A stretch of DNA of 60,460 nucleotides from an uncultured Chitinophagaceae bacterium. Lineage in GTDB: Bacteria > Bacteroidota > Bacteroidia > NS11-12g > UBA9320. Where the stretch lies: assembly GCA_964647785.1 (NCBI GenBank), contig CAZYJD010000003.1, positions 1-60,460 on the forward strand, in the 5' to 3' direction. The notes beneath the pieces were generated by a model, which saw only the letters and a program-made list of their open reading frames with translations, did not search any database and was not told the DNA's origin. Made by a program: the position numbers and the translations under genes. Below are positions 47,971 to 57,646 of this stretch, piece after piece; within the stretch, counting starts at the first letter, position 1; the number at the start of each line of letters is the position of its first letter.

Positions 47971-50319
47971 TCAAAATTCCCATTTATAGTTTATCCCCGG
48001 TATAAAAACAAATGTGCTTCTCGAAAATGCGGTAAAAACTGAACCATTGGCAGTAACCGTTCTATTGGCATAGACCGTGTTGGGATTTTGATTGAACAAA
48101 ATATTGTAAACCGAAAAACTTGCTTTGTGTCGGATATCAGGAGTGATGTAACCAAAATCCCTGATCCAAGAAACGTCCAATCGAAAGTAATTGGGGGCGC
48201 GATAGTTGTTCACAGAACCGAAATCCAATATCTCATCGCCATTCAGATCTCGGTATTTGGCCACAGGCAAGGTAAAAGGCAGACCCGATCCAAAGGTCAA
48301 ATTAAAGGCGGTAGAATTGCGATAGGTATTCTTGGCTATCCCACTGAATTTGAACATATGCCTTCGATCGAAATTGAACGGAAACATTACATTGTTGTTG
48401 ATTACTGAAAATTGTCTGTTTGCATAGCTGTATGTATAGCTTGCCCATCCCTTAAATGCACCAAAGTTCTTTTGCAATAAAATTTCTGCTCCGTATGCCT
48501 GGCCGTCGCCCACATCTACTTCCGTTCTCCAATCTACATCCACATCGGTGAAATCGCTGTTAAAAATGGGCTGTACCAAATTTCTCATGTCTTTATAGTA
48601 AAAGTCGAGATTTAAAAGGGCATCCTTTTTCAACTGATGACTCCAATTAAAGGATACCTGATCGCATCGCTGGGGTTCAATTTCTCCATCGGCAGGCACC
48701 CAAATCAGGGTAGGTTCATTGGTTCCACGGTTGTTGAGTAGATTTACAAATTGATGCATGCGGCCAGCCGAAAGCTTCATTGCGTTGGCATCATTGATCC
48801 GATAATTCAGCAATAGACGTGGTTCGGGGAAAATTTTCCGATAATCTTCAATGCCATAAGAAACCATACGGAAGCCAACATTCATTTTAAAATTGCCGCT
48901 TAACCGGTATTCATCTTCAATATATGCAGCAATTTCTCGGGCCTGTACCCAGTTCACAAAGCCTCTTTCCTCATCCACATCTCCGCTGCCCTGAACATTC
49001 CGACTAAAAACCTGTAAATAACCGGGGCGAAAGGCATGAACGTCAGCATTCAACCCAAATCTGAGCCAGTGATTATTTCTGCCTTTGTACTCAAAATCTG
49101 TCTTAAAAATGAGGTCCCTAATCCCGTTCATGTATTCGAAGCTTGATTTGGCTTTTGGCTGATTTCCTGTAAGATAAATGGTTTCGAGCGAAATATCATT
49201 GTCAACACGGTAGTTGGAGGTCATAAACGCAATGGACGAAAACAGCTTCGGACTATAAATATGCGTCCACCGCAAAGCACCACTATTACTGGCCCATTTG
49301 ATTCGCAAATCAAGTACTTGCTCGCTGTAACCGGAACTATCTTCGAAGCTGCCTGCGGTGCCCAAAATATCCCTGCTGTTGTAGTAGCTAAAATAGAGCT
49401 TGTCGTATTTACTCAATTGGTGGCTTAGCTTGAAAATGAGGTCGTGATAATTGAGTCGCAGATTGAGATCGGGATTGCTGAATATTGGAGCAAGCAATAC
49501 ATCCAGATAAGTTCTTCGGGCCGAAAGTGCGAAGGTGGTCGTGCTGTCTTTAATGGGGCCGTTTACGTGAACATTGGCCGTAATGGGGCTGAAGGTCACG
49601 CTTCCATCTGTCTCTCGGATATTTCCCTCTTTGGGTGCAATGTCGATAACCGAGGAGAGCCGACCACCAAAACGAGCCGGAATGCCGCCTTTCATCACCT
49701 GCACGCTGTTCATTCCGGCGGGATTCAGGGTGCTCCACAATCCAAACATATGGTTGGTGTTATACACCGGCATGTCATCCACCAGTATCAGGTTTTGATC
49801 AGCCGAGCCTCCCCTTACAAACATATTGCTGAAGCCCTCTGAACCCATTTCAATACCGGGCAGGGTTTGCAAAGCCTTTACCAAATCCGGCTCACTAAAC
49901 AAGTAGGGCAGATCAGAAGAAAGATGAAGTGGTAGATCTATTTTGCCATTGATCACACTGCTCAGATCGTTTTGCGATTTTCTAACATTGGCGGCATCAT
50001 CGGGATTGCCAAAAAGATTTTCAAGTTGAACATTGTAAAGCAGGTCCTCATCAATGTACAAGCTGTCAATTCGTTGCGCGTAATTGCCGTATTCGAAATA
50101 AATCACCACATCCTGTGGAGGCAGAGAAATGGAATAGTAACCGTAGTGGTTGGTGAATGCTTCAACCCTCCAGCTGGGTATGCTCACCCTGGCCCCCACC
50201 AGCGCTTCGCCCGTGCTCATATCGGTGATGTAGCCGCTCATATTAAACGCGTATTGTGCACGAAGTGAAAAAGTGCTAATAATCAGTAGAATAAGTATAG
50301 AGAGTTGACGACGAGCCAT
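47971..50319 (-). CDS. TonB-dependent receptor with N-terminal carboxypeptidase-regulatory-like domain
   Basis: SGYITDMSTGEALVGA...TNHYGYYS; plug DLVKALQTLPG...VRGGSADQNLILVD...GGRLSSVIDI; C-terminal PGINYKWEF. Confidence 0.92.
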   Translation of the reverse strand: MARRQLSILILLIISTFSLRAQYAFNMSGYITDMSTGEALVGARVSIPSWRVEAFTNHYGYYSISLPPQDVVIYFEYGNYAQRIDSLYIDEDLLYNVQLENLFGNPDDAANVRKSQNDLSSVINGKIDLPLHLSSDLPYLFSEPDLVKALQTLPGIEMGSEGFSNMFVRGGSADQNLILVDDMPVYNTNHMFGLWSTLNPAGMNSVQVMKGGIPARFGGRLSSVIDIAPKEGNIRETDGSVTFSPITANVHVNGPIKDSTTTFALSARRTYLDVLLAPIFSNPDLNLRLNYHDLIFKLSHQLSKYDKLYFSYYNSRDILGTAGSFEDSSGYSEQVLDLRIKWASNSGALRWTHIYSPKLFSSIAFMTSNYRVDNDISLETIYLTGNQPKAKSSFEYMNGIRDLIFKTDFEYKGRNNHWLRFGLNADVHAFRPGYLQVFSRNVQGSGDVDEERGFVNWVQAREIAAYIEDEYRLSGNFKMNVGFRMVSYGIEDYRKIFPEPRLLLNYRINDANAMKLSAGRMHQFVNLLNNRGTNEPTLIWVPADGEIEPQRCDQVSFNWSHQLKKDALLNLDFYYKDMRNLVQPIFNSDFTDVDVDWRTEVDVGDGQAYGAEILLQKNFGAFKGWASYTYSYANRQFSVINNNVMFPFNFDRRHMFKFSGIAKNTYRNSTAFNLTFGSGLPFTLPVAKYRDLNGDEILDFGSVNNYRAPNYFRLDVSWIRDFGYITPDIRHKASFSVYNILFNQNPNTVYANRTVTANGSVFTAFSRSTFVFIPGINYKWEF

Positions 50320-50323
50320 TGTT

Positions 50324-50331
50324 CAAAAATA
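50324..50331 (-). promoter_or_regulatory. -7 box (TATTTTTG) 4 nt upstream of ATG 50319
   Basis: Exact TAnnTTTG on the minus strand. Confidence 0.65.
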
Positions 50332-50367
50332 AAACAAAAGCAAGGCTTGATCGATTGGCAATTTTTC

Positions 50368-50398
50368 TTTGTCACATTCAATTGAAGTCCTATTTTTG
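50368..50398 (+). promoter_or_regulatory. Full -33/-7 promoter of the tRNA gene
   Basis: TTTG (50368-50371), 19-nt spacer, TATTTTTG (50391-50398). Confidence 0.8.
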
Positions 50399-50410
50399 CA
50401 CTCCCAAAAC

Positions 50411-50484
50411 GGTTCCGTAGCTCAACTGGATAGAGTGTCTGACTACGGATCAGAAGGTTGAGGGTTCGAATCCTTCCGGAACCG
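50411..50484 (+). tRNA. tRNA-Arg(ACG)
   Basis: Acceptor stem GGTTCCG/CGGAACC, D arm GCTCAACTGGATAGAG, anticodon arm TCTGA-CT-ACG-GA-TCAGA, T loop GTTCGAATC; CCA not encoded. Confidence 0.97.
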
Positions 50485-50491
50485 CTTGATA

Positions 50492-50519
50492 AAAGCCCCT
50501 GATTCAGGGGCTTTTTTTT
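50492..50519 (+). terminator. Rho-independent terminator after the tRNA
   Basis: AGCCCCTG-ATT-CAGGGGCT stem followed by a T-run. Confidence 0.85.
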
Positions 50520-50620
50520 ACAATAAGCTGAAACATTGAGCTGTTATAGGCAGCAGTCCTTGGTATGTGGAAGCTATCGATCTAGATATGTTTTCATTTA
50601 GAAAATTCTATCATTGAATC

Positions 50621-51316
50621 ATGAAGCCTTCTGTTTCGCATTTAATAAACGATCTGAGCTTGGAATACAGCAGCCATGCGGATGAGGAGAAGGCCCGGCA
50701 GATGTCGGCCTATATGAAAAACCTCTTCCCTTTCTATGGTCTGCAAAACAAGGATCGTAAAGCCCTGAGCAAGGCTTGGCTTAAAGAGGCGAGAACACTA
50801 GAACGACAAGATTTATGGAACCTGATCGTTCAACTTTGGGAGGCAGATGCAAGGGAAATGCAGTACACCGCATTGGATTTAATGCCAATGATTCAAAAAC
50901 ATCCCGAAGCGGACGATTTGCCGAAGATAGAATGGCTGGTATTGAACAAGAGCTGGTGGGATACAGTTGATGCCCTTGCGGGTAGAAGCATGGGGGCTTG
51001 GTTTACTGCCTTCCCTGATCAGATAGAAACCACCATCAATCGCTGGTGCGATTCAGGGGAATTATGGCTGATTCGTTCTGCACTTTTGTTCCAGTTGTTT
51101 TACAAAGACAAGACCAATACCAAACTGCTGTTAAATCTTTGTACCCGCTTTGCATCAGAAAAAGAGTTCTTCATCAGAAAAGGCATTGGATGGGCTTTGC
51201 GGCAATACGCAAAAACCGATGCCGATTTGGTCTGCAATTATGTGAAGAAACATCCCGAATTAAGTGGTCTCAGCAAACGCGAGGCATTGAAAAACCTTCC
51301 TGATTGTCAGCTATGA
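50621..51316 (+). CDS. DNA alkylation repair protein (AlkD-like HEAT-repeat family)
   Basis: MSAYMKNLFPFYG, REMQY, KSWWDTVD, WLIRSALLFQL, EFFIRKGIGWALRQY. Confidence 0.92.
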   Translation: MKPSVSHLINDLSLEYSSHADEEKARQMSAYMKNLFPFYGLQNKDRKALSKAWLKEARTLERQDLWNLIVQLWEADAREMQYTALDLMPMIQKHPEADDLPKIEWLVLNKSWWDTVDALAGRSMGAWFTAFPDQIETTINRWCDSGELWLIRSALLFQLFYKDKTNTKLLLNLCTRFASEKEFFIRKGIGWALRQYAKTDADLVCNYVKKHPELSGLSKREALKNLPDCQL

Positions 51317-51327
51317 GATTCCCTTGT

Positions 51328-53028
51328 TCAGAATGAGCTGCCTTGCTTCAGAAATACCACATATCCTCCTGCTCTGAAAATTTCCTTCAATACTGCATGC
51401 TCCGATAATTCAGGAGCTTTTCTTTGAACACACATGAAGTATACATTTTTTTGAATGGGATGTCCGATGAGCCATTCCACTTCTGCGTCGGCCAGTCGCT
51501 TTCTGCTGTCGCCCGTAAGCACTTCTGATGACTGAAATCCATTCCGTCTTTTCCAGTCTTCTCTGAACAGCTTTAGCTCATCCTGCTCGCTCAAAGGTGT
51601 GGTAGAAGTATAAAACAAATGAGCATAGGTCTTGTAACGATACGGAATCCAATAGGCATCTTCATTTGCATGACTCTTCATGAATTGAATAAGCGGGTAT
51701 TGGGTGTGTCTTTCAACAGCCGGCACATATACATGCATGATTAAAAGCCAAAGCATGGGCAATGCGGCCAAAGTAGGCATCAGGCGTTTCCCTGATTTCC
51801 AGCGCACAAAGAACAACAGGAGAGCTATCAGGAGCAAAAGGCCCAGCAAGGCCATTTGGCTTTGCCAAACGCCAGGCACCGCCAATTGCGCTTTGGTGAA
51901 TTCATCTTTAATTGAACTGCTCAGCTGATTTCTCCAGAGGTTGTTCGACATTATCAACGCTATGCCTGCTATGGCAAGCGACAATGCAATGGAAATGAAC
52001 AAAAAAAGTGATCTGCTCACAAACCCCACCGGTTTATTCAAACTACGCGCTGCCAGATAGCTCAAAGGAAAAAAGCATAAACTGGAGTAATGAACAATTT
52101 TGGTGGTGACCATTGAGAAAACCACAAGAACCACCCAAAACAGGATTCTCATCCAGCGATCAAAGGCTTTAGGATCACTGCTGCGAAAAAGAGCCGGAAG
52201 AGCGATTACCGAGGCAGGAAAGGCTCCGAACAGGAGAACCATTGAATGATAATACCAGGGTTGACCGTGAGAAGCCACAGGTTGGGTGAGAAGTTCGAGC
52301 TGGTACTGTATGAAGGTTTTCAGAAACCAGGCACCTCTGTTCATCATTTCTGGCGTGAGCCATAGCAGTGGAACCAGTAGCATGGCCCCGGCCAAAACAG
52401 CCAGGTGTTTGTAATTGAACCAGCTTTTGAATCGAATACTTATCCAGTAAACCAAACCCGTTAATCCGCTGAGTAAAATGGCCACCGGTCCCTTGGTAAT
52501 GAATGCCATGCCAAGCATGAATCCACTCAAGGCAAAGAAACGCATCCGATGGATTTCCTGTGCAGAAGCGCGATACAGGAAGTACACAGCCAGAAAAATC
52601 CAGAGGTTAAACCAGGGATCAATAATGCCGCTTTTGAAATAGAAGAAGGGCGTTAGAGAAGCCAGATACATCAGAGGCCAAAGCAGCGGTTGTTTCAGCA
52701 AGGCGTGTTTTCGGCCAATCAACAACAAGATCTGCATGCTAATCATACCGGCTAGGGCGTTTGGAAAGCGCGCAGCAAATTCAGGATCAGCGAATACTTT
52801 CATACTGAGCGCCTGCAGCCAGAAAAAGAAAGGTGGTTTTTCCCAAAATGGCTCAAAATCGACCTGCACCGTTAAATAATTGCCGGTTAGAAGCATTTCA
52901 CGTGCCGATTCCGCAAAGTTGATCTCATCCCAATCAAATAGATGCACCTCACCCAGCCAAGGTAGAAGCAATAGCAAGGAAAAGAGTGCGAGAAGCACGT
53001 GTTCCAGAACTACTCGATTTCTATTCAA
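51328..53028 (-). CDS. ArnT-like / GT39 (PMT_2) membrane glycosyltransferase
   Basis: Probable TTG start overlapping the PAP2 stop (alternatives 53040, 53055); FDWDEINFAESAREM, FWEKPPFFFWLQA, RFPNAL, TKGPVA; multiple TM helices. Confidence 0.88.
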   Translation of the reverse strand: MNRNRVVLEHVLLALFSLLLLLPWLGEVHLFDWDEINFAESAREMLLTGNYLTVQVDFEPFWEKPPFFFWLQALSMKVFADPEFAARFPNALAGMISMQILLLIGRKHALLKQPLLWPLMYLASLTPFFYFKSGIIDPWFNLWIFLAVYFLYRASAQEIHRMRFFALSGFMLGMAFITKGPVAILLSGLTGLVYWISIRFKSWFNYKHLAVLAGAMLLVPLLWLTPEMMNRGAWFLKTFIQYQLELLTQPVASHGQPWYYHSMVLLFGAFPASVIALPALFRSSDPKAFDRWMRILFWVVLVVFSMVTTKIVHYSSLCFFPLSYLAARSLNKPVGFVSRSLFLFISIALSLAIAGIALIMSNNLWRNQLSSSIKDEFTKAQLAVPGVWQSQMALLGLLLLIALLLFFVRWKSGKRLMPTLAALPMLWLLIMHVYVPAVERHTQYPLIQFMKSHANEDAYWIPYRYKTYAHLFYTSTTPLSEQDELKLFREDWKRRNGFQSSEVLTGDSRKRLADAEVEWLIGHPIQKNVYFMCVQRKAPELSEHAVLKEIFRAGGYVVFLKQGSSF

Positions 53029-53669
53029 TAGAGGCCCCATTTTTTGTTCCACCATTCAGAATAAGCACCAAGTCGATTTGCAAGCCAAACGGCCCACATG
53101 GCAAAGCATATTCCTATCACACTTCCGGCTGCTACATCTTCCAAAAAATGTTGAGCCAGATAAATTCTTGAAAAACCTACCAAAACTGCACTGATCAAAA
53201 AGAACAGTTTCCAGCCCGCATTTCGCAGGATAAATGCCCAGTATGCAAAAAACAAAAACCCGGCAGACGTATGCCCGGAAGGAAAGCTGTATTTGCGGTT
53301 TAGTTTGATTCCATCCACCACGTGCAATGCAGAGGTTTTCAGAACCTCTACAGGTCTATAACAATCTGAAAATACCCATCTTTTTAAAAATTGAACGAGT
53401 ACAACCACTATTGCAATCGCCACCAAATATGCCAACAATTCTTTCCTTGGACGAAAAATGAGCAAGAACACGCCTAAAGTGATCCCGGCCCACTCTTCTC
53501 CCCCAGCTGTGGCAAATCGAAAAAACTGATCCATTGCAGGAAAATGTAAGGCGTTTAACTCCAAAACCAGCCATCCTTTTGGATAAGAAAGCATCAGAAT
53601 CACCGCACCCAATAAAAAAAGAAGGTAGGGCAGGAAAAACCATCGATGTTTGTATATAAAAGCTTTCAA
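53025..53669 (-). CDS. PAP2 family phosphatase
   Basis: TTG start; K-x(6)-RP (KRWVFSDCYRP), SFPSGH, SRIYLAQHFLED. Confidence 0.92.
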   Translation of the reverse strand: MKAFIYKHRWFFLPYLLFLLGAVILMLSYPKGWLVLELNALHFPAMDQFFRFATAGGEEWAGITLGVFLLIFRPRKELLAYLVAIAIVVVLVQFLKRWVFSDCYRPVEVLKTSALHVVDGIKLNRKYSFPSGHTSAGFLFFAYWAFILRNAGWKLFFLISAVLVGFSRIYLAQHFLEDVAAGSVIGICFAMWAVWLANRLGAYSEWWNKKWGLY

Positions 53670-53743
53670 AAGTTCTATTCAGGGCGACAAAGTTGATGAT
53701 TATTTGGGAAATTATCGTTTATTTGAGGCCTAATCCCATAGCC

Positions 53744-54127
53744 ATGGCGCAAAAGGAAAAGATAGTAATGGAGTTTCTGATCAATTCGTCTCCGCAGGTG
53801 CTTTTTGATCACATCAGCAGTCCTTCCGGACTTTCAAAATGGTTTGCAGACGATGTAAACATCAATCGAAGTAAATACACCTTTTTTTGGGATGGTGATT
53901 CCAACGAAGCTGAGTTGCTGAAAAAAGTAAATGGCAAATTCATTCGGTTCAAATGGCTCGATGGAGAAGAGGAAGAGTATTTTGAGATGGCAGTAACCAA
54001 AGATGAACTCACCGGAGACATCGCATTGGTCGTGACGGACTATGCTGAACCGGATGACATGGAAGAAACCGAAATGCTCTGGGAAAGTCAGGTTCATGAT
54101 TTGAAAAGCGTGCTGGGCGTTAATTGA
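53744..54127 (+). CDS. START-like (SRPBCC) domain protein
   Basis: Start ATG 53744; SPSGLSKWFADDV, YTFFWDG, IRFKW, LVVTDYAE, LWESQV. Confidence 0.85.
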   Translation: MAQKEKIVMEFLINSSPQVLFDHISSPSGLSKWFADDVNINRSKYTFFWDGDSNEAELLKKVNGKFIRFKWLDGEEEEYFEMAVTKDELTGDIALVVTDYAEPDDMEETEMLWESQVHDLKSVLGVN

Positions 54128-54447
54128 TTCGGGTGCTGCTCAGTAATACAGATTTCATCACCGGTAAAGAAATAGTGGAAGTGTTGGGGGTTGTGCGCGG
54201 AAGCACGGTTAGGGCCAGAAATATCGCCAGAGATTTTTTTGCAGGAATAAAAAACATTGTGGGTGGAGAAATTTCAGCCTACACCCGCCTAATGACCGAT
54301 GCCAGAGAACAGGCGCTGCAAAGAATGCAAGAAGATGCGCGAGCATTGGGTGCTGATGCCGTAATCAATGTTCGCTTTGAGACTTCCAACATTCTTCAGG
54401 GAGCATCAGAAATCCTTGCTTATGGAACTGCTGTCAAACTTGCCTAA
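54124..54447 (+). CDS. YbjQ / UPF0145 family protein
   Basis: TTG overlapping the upstream stop; LGVVRG, GGEISAY, ALGADAVINVRF, AYGTAV. Confidence 0.92.
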   Translation: MIRVLLSNTDFITGKEIVEVLGVVRGSTVRARNIARDFFAGIKNIVGGEISAYTRLMTDAREQALQRMQEDARALGADAVINVRFETSNILQGASEILAYGTAVKLA

Positions 54448-54575
54448 GCACCTAATAATAAAGGCTTGCATTGTCTTTAATCACCCCATTCACCCAGGCG
54501 TTCTATTGCGGTAAGTCCTGATAAAAAATAATGTACAGAGAAAAAAGAAGCGCACGAAAAATGCACTCATGCACT

Positions 54576-55595
54576 TCATCGCATGATGCCTGCGCGGTCG
54601 AGTGCCCTGCGATATCTTCTCGCGTAAAAACCGTGCTCCATCAGTGTTTTTGAAAAATGGTGATACCCACTTAAATCATCTTTTGCACAGAAAAACATGT
54701 AGTCATGCACTTCTGCAGATAAAACAGCTTCGATGGCCTTCTTTGAGGGCGTAAATATGGGGCCCGGAGGCAAGCCAAGATATCTGTAGGTGTTGTAGGG
54801 GCTGTCAATTTCCTTATCGCTGTTTAAAATTCGCTGACGCCCCGATTCTTTAACCAGGAACTGAATGGTGGGATCAGCCCCAAGCAACCAGTTGTTGCGC
54901 AAGCGATTGAGATAAACTCCTGCAATTCTTGGCATCTCTTCATTGAAACGCACCTCGCCTTCTACAATGCTGGCCAAAATGATCACTTCTTCAGGACTCA
55001 GGCCAATCTTTTGGGCCGCATTCCGCCGTTGATCGGTCCAGTAAGCAGTGTATTCCTTCATGAATCGATTCCAAACATCCCGTTCTGTTCCGGCCCACCT
55101 AAATTCGTATGTATCACATAAGAAATAACAAAGGATACGTTCTTGCCCAATCCCTGATGAATCAATCAGCCATTGCTGTAAATCTGCTGAGTCTACTTCC
55201 AGTTTTTGACCGAGATACCCGATTACATCATCCAGGCCCAAACGGCCAGCCAGGGTTACCTTCACTCCTACCCTTTTCCCCGATCGAAATTTTCTTATTA
55301 AATCGAGCATGCTGCTCTTTGGAGAAAGTTGATATTTACCCGGATAGATTCTGCCTGAGGGATTCAGTCTTTTCCAGGCCAGAGCAAAAATTTCTTTTCG
55401 TTCTATGAGGCCTTTTTCCAACAGGAATTGTGGCAACTCTTTGGCTTCGAGCTTCGTTGGGAGATAAAGCTCGCAAGCTTGCTGAGCACATCTTTCTTTC
55501 TTTAGTAACAATTGTCCGCCGCCCCATGCAAAGACAATCGCAATTGGAACGCCCAACCACAACAACCACTTGATCGATTTTTGAATGCTGCTCAT
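54576..55595 (-). CDS. mltG: Endolytic transglycosylase MltG
   Basis: Start ATG 55595 with N-terminal TM; LASIVEGE (catalytic Glu), IAGVYLNRL, ADPT, SPYNTY...GLPPGPI, YMFFCA, HHFSKT. Confidence 0.95.
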   Translation of the reverse strand: MSSIQKSIKWLLWLGVPIAIVFAWGGGQLLLKKERCAQQACELYLPTKLEAKELPQFLLEKGLIERKEIFALAWKRLNPSGRIYPGKYQLSPKSSMLDLIRKFRSGKRVGVKVTLAGRLGLDDVIGYLGQKLEVDSADLQQWLIDSSGIGQERILCYFLCDTYEFRWAGTERDVWNRFMKEYTAYWTDQRRNAAQKIGLSPEEVIILASIVEGEVRFNEEMPRIAGVYLNRLRNNWLLGADPTIQFLVKESGRQRILNSDKEIDSPYNTYRYLGLPPGPIFTPSKKAIEAVLSAEVHDYMFFCAKDDLSGYHHFSKTLMEHGFYARRYRRALDRAGIMR

Positions 55596-55601
55596 AGGGC
55601 T

Positions 55602-55609
55602 CAAAGATA
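55602..55609 (-). promoter_or_regulatory. -7 box (TATCTTTG) 6 nt upstream of the mltG ATG
   Basis: Exact TAnnTTTG on the minus strand. Confidence 0.65.
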
Positions 55610-55637
55610 GTCCTGCTGCTTTTTTTTTCTGAATGCG

Positions 55638-55645
55638 TAAGTTTG
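55638..55645 (+). promoter_or_regulatory. -7 box (TAAGTTTG) 4 nt upstream of the dapB ATG
   Basis: Exact TAnnTTTG. Confidence 0.65.
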
Positions 55646-55649
55646 CCCT

Positions 55650-56384
55650 ATGGCTGAAGAAATACTGAAGATTGCACTGATTGGATATGGAAAAATGGGG
55701 AGAGCAATTGAAAAGATTGCCATCAGCCGAGGTCATGAGATTTGTGCACGCCTTGAAACGCAGCCCTCTAGTGCAGAAGAAATGAACGGTGCCCATGTGG
55801 CCATAGAGTTCAGCGTTCCGGCAGCAGCCGTATCAAATATTGAGGCTTGTTTTAAACTCAATGTACCCGTGGTGGTTGGCACCACAGGTTGGTACGATCA
55901 ATACGATCGCCTTGCTAAAATCGCTAAAAAAGAGCAAAAGGGATTATTTACTGCCACCAATTTTAGTTTGGGAGTAAATTTGTTTTTCCGCATCAACCGA
56001 ATCATGGCGTCATGGATGAATAAGTACCCCGATTATCAAACCAGCATGGAAGAAATTCATCACATTCATAAATTGGATGCACCCAGTGGAACAGCCATCA
56101 CGCTTGCCGAACATCTCCTGGCAGAATTGGACCAGATCAAAAAATGGAAACTGACTGAAAATGAAGAGGATACTTGCTCTGCGAATGAACTTCCAATTTA
56201 TTCAAGCCGGGAAGGAGAAGTACCAGGGACACATATTGTGCGTTATGAAGGACCCGCAGATCTGATTGAACTGAAACACGAGGCCAAGAATCGTGAAGGC
56301 TTTGCTTTAGGGGCCGTGATGGCCGCAGAATTCATGAAAGGTAAAAGTGGAGTATACGGTATGAATGACCTACTCGGATTTTAA
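55650..56384 (+). CDS. dapB: 4-hydroxy-tetrahydrodipicolinate reductase
   Basis: IGYGKMG, VVGTTGW, NFSLGVN, EIHHIHKLDAPSGTA, GFALGAV. Confidence 0.96.
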   Translation: MAEEILKIALIGYGKMGRAIEKIAISRGHEICARLETQPSSAEEMNGAHVAIEFSVPAAAVSNIEACFKLNVPVVVGTTGWYDQYDRLAKIAKKEQKGLFTATNFSLGVNLFFRINRIMASWMNKYPDYQTSMEEIHHIHKLDAPSGTAITLAEHLLAELDQIKKWKLTENEEDTCSANELPIYSSREGEVPGTHIVRYEGPADLIELKHEAKNREGFALGAVMAAEFMKGKSGVYGMNDLLGF

Positions 56385-56401
56385 AAATATATCACAAAAA
56401 T

Positions 56402-57646
56402 ATGAAAATCAACCCATTGCGCTCATTTAAAGCGTTCAAACTGAGCGCCAAAATCATCATTGTGTTATGGAGTGCGCTAACACTGCTGTTATTCATCATG
56501 CTCGTATTTGGGGCAAAGGCTCCATTTTTCGGAGCGCTTCTTTTTTGTCTTTTCTGGGAGGCCATGATTTGGGTATATTTCATTTATCGCTACGAATACC
56601 GAGAGAAACACCGATACGGCGAATGGGTGGATGCCATTTTATTTGCGGTGATCGCTGCCACGGCCATACGGAGCATGCTTATAGAGGCCTATCAAATTCC
56701 CACCTCCTCGATGGAAAAATCCCTTTTGGTGGGCGACTTTCTGTTCGTGAGCAAAGTGCATTATGGCACCCGTTTGCCGATGACTGCCATTGCATTTCCA
56801 TTTGCACATCACACCATGCCCTTGATTAAGACCAAGGCTTACAGCGAATTGATTAAATTTCCTTATTACCGCATTCCGGGACTTCAAAAAGTGAAGAATA
56901 ACGATGTGGTGGTATTCAACTGGCCAGCAGAGATGGAAGGTCGACCGGTTGATAAAAAAGAAAACTACATCAAACGCTGTATAGGTATAGCAGGCGACAC
57001 ATTGGAGGTGAGAAGTGGAGATATTTACATCAACAGCAAGCCAATTCAAGACCCTCCAAATAGGCAATACAGCTATGAGTTTCTCACCAATGGAACCGGC
57101 TTTAATGATCGTATTTTGAGCGAGTTGAATGTAACCGATGTAGAACCCATTGGATACGGAGAAGGTTACATCATGCAACTGACCGATGAGAACTACGCCA
57201 AGCTCAGTACTTTCAGCAATGTAAGCAGTTCTGACACCATCATTGCTGCAAGGCGATTTTATCCGGAGATTTTTCCAAATCATCGATCGTTTAACTGGAG
57301 TCGAGATTTCTTTGGACCGATCTACATTCCGAAAAAGGATGATCAAATCAAACTCGACACGCTTAACTACTATTTATATGAACGTGCCATACGCGAATAC
57401 GAAAACAACCCGGGCTTTGAGCGCAGAGGCAATCAATTTTACATGGATGGAGAAGAGATTACCCATTACACCTTCAAAATGAACTACTATTTCATGATGG
57501 GTGATAACCGGCATTACAGTTCTGATTCTCGTTTCTGGGGCTTCGTGCCGGAAGATCACATTGTTGGAAAAGCCTTGTTTGTATGGTTAAGCATCGATAA
57601 AGGCAAAGGCGTGCGCTGGAATAGAATTTTCAAAGGAATCAAATAG
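56402..57646 (+). CDS. lepB: Signal peptidase I
   Basis: IPTSSMEKSL (Ser), GDFLFVSK, NYIKRCIG (Lys), MMGDNRHYSSDSRFWGFVP. Confidence 0.95.
   Translation: MKINPLRSFKAFKLSAKIIIVLWSALTLLLFIMLVFGAKAPFFGALLFCLFWEAMIWVYFIYRYEYREKHRYGEWVDAILFAVIAATAIRSMLIEAYQIPTSSMEKSLLVGDFLFVSKVHYGTRLPMTAIAFPFAHHTMPLIKTKAYSELIKFPYYRIPGLQKVKNNDVVVFNWPAEMEGRPVDKKENYIKRCIGIAGDTLEVRSGDIYINSKPIQDPPNRQYSYEFLTNGTGFNDRILSELNVTDVEPIGYGEGYIMQLTDENYAKLSTFSNVSSSDTIIAARRFYPEIFPNHRSFNWSRDFFGPIYIPKKDDQIKLDTLNYYLYERAIREYENNPGFERRGNQFYMDGEEITHYTFKMNYYFMMGDNRHYSSDSRFWGFVPEDHIVGKALFVWLSIDKGKGVRWNRIFKGIK

Noticed and set aside
50411-50620. tRNA-Arg as a possible integration site with alkD as island cargo
   Set aside because: No integrase, no duplicated tRNA 3' end in the window and no obvious compositional shift. 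The missing CCA is ordinary.
55620-55628. T9 homopolymer between the divergent mltG and dapB promoters (phase variation?)
   Set aside because: A 9-nt T-run in AT-rich intergenic DNA is unremarkable, and both are housekeeping genes; read-level length variation would be needed.
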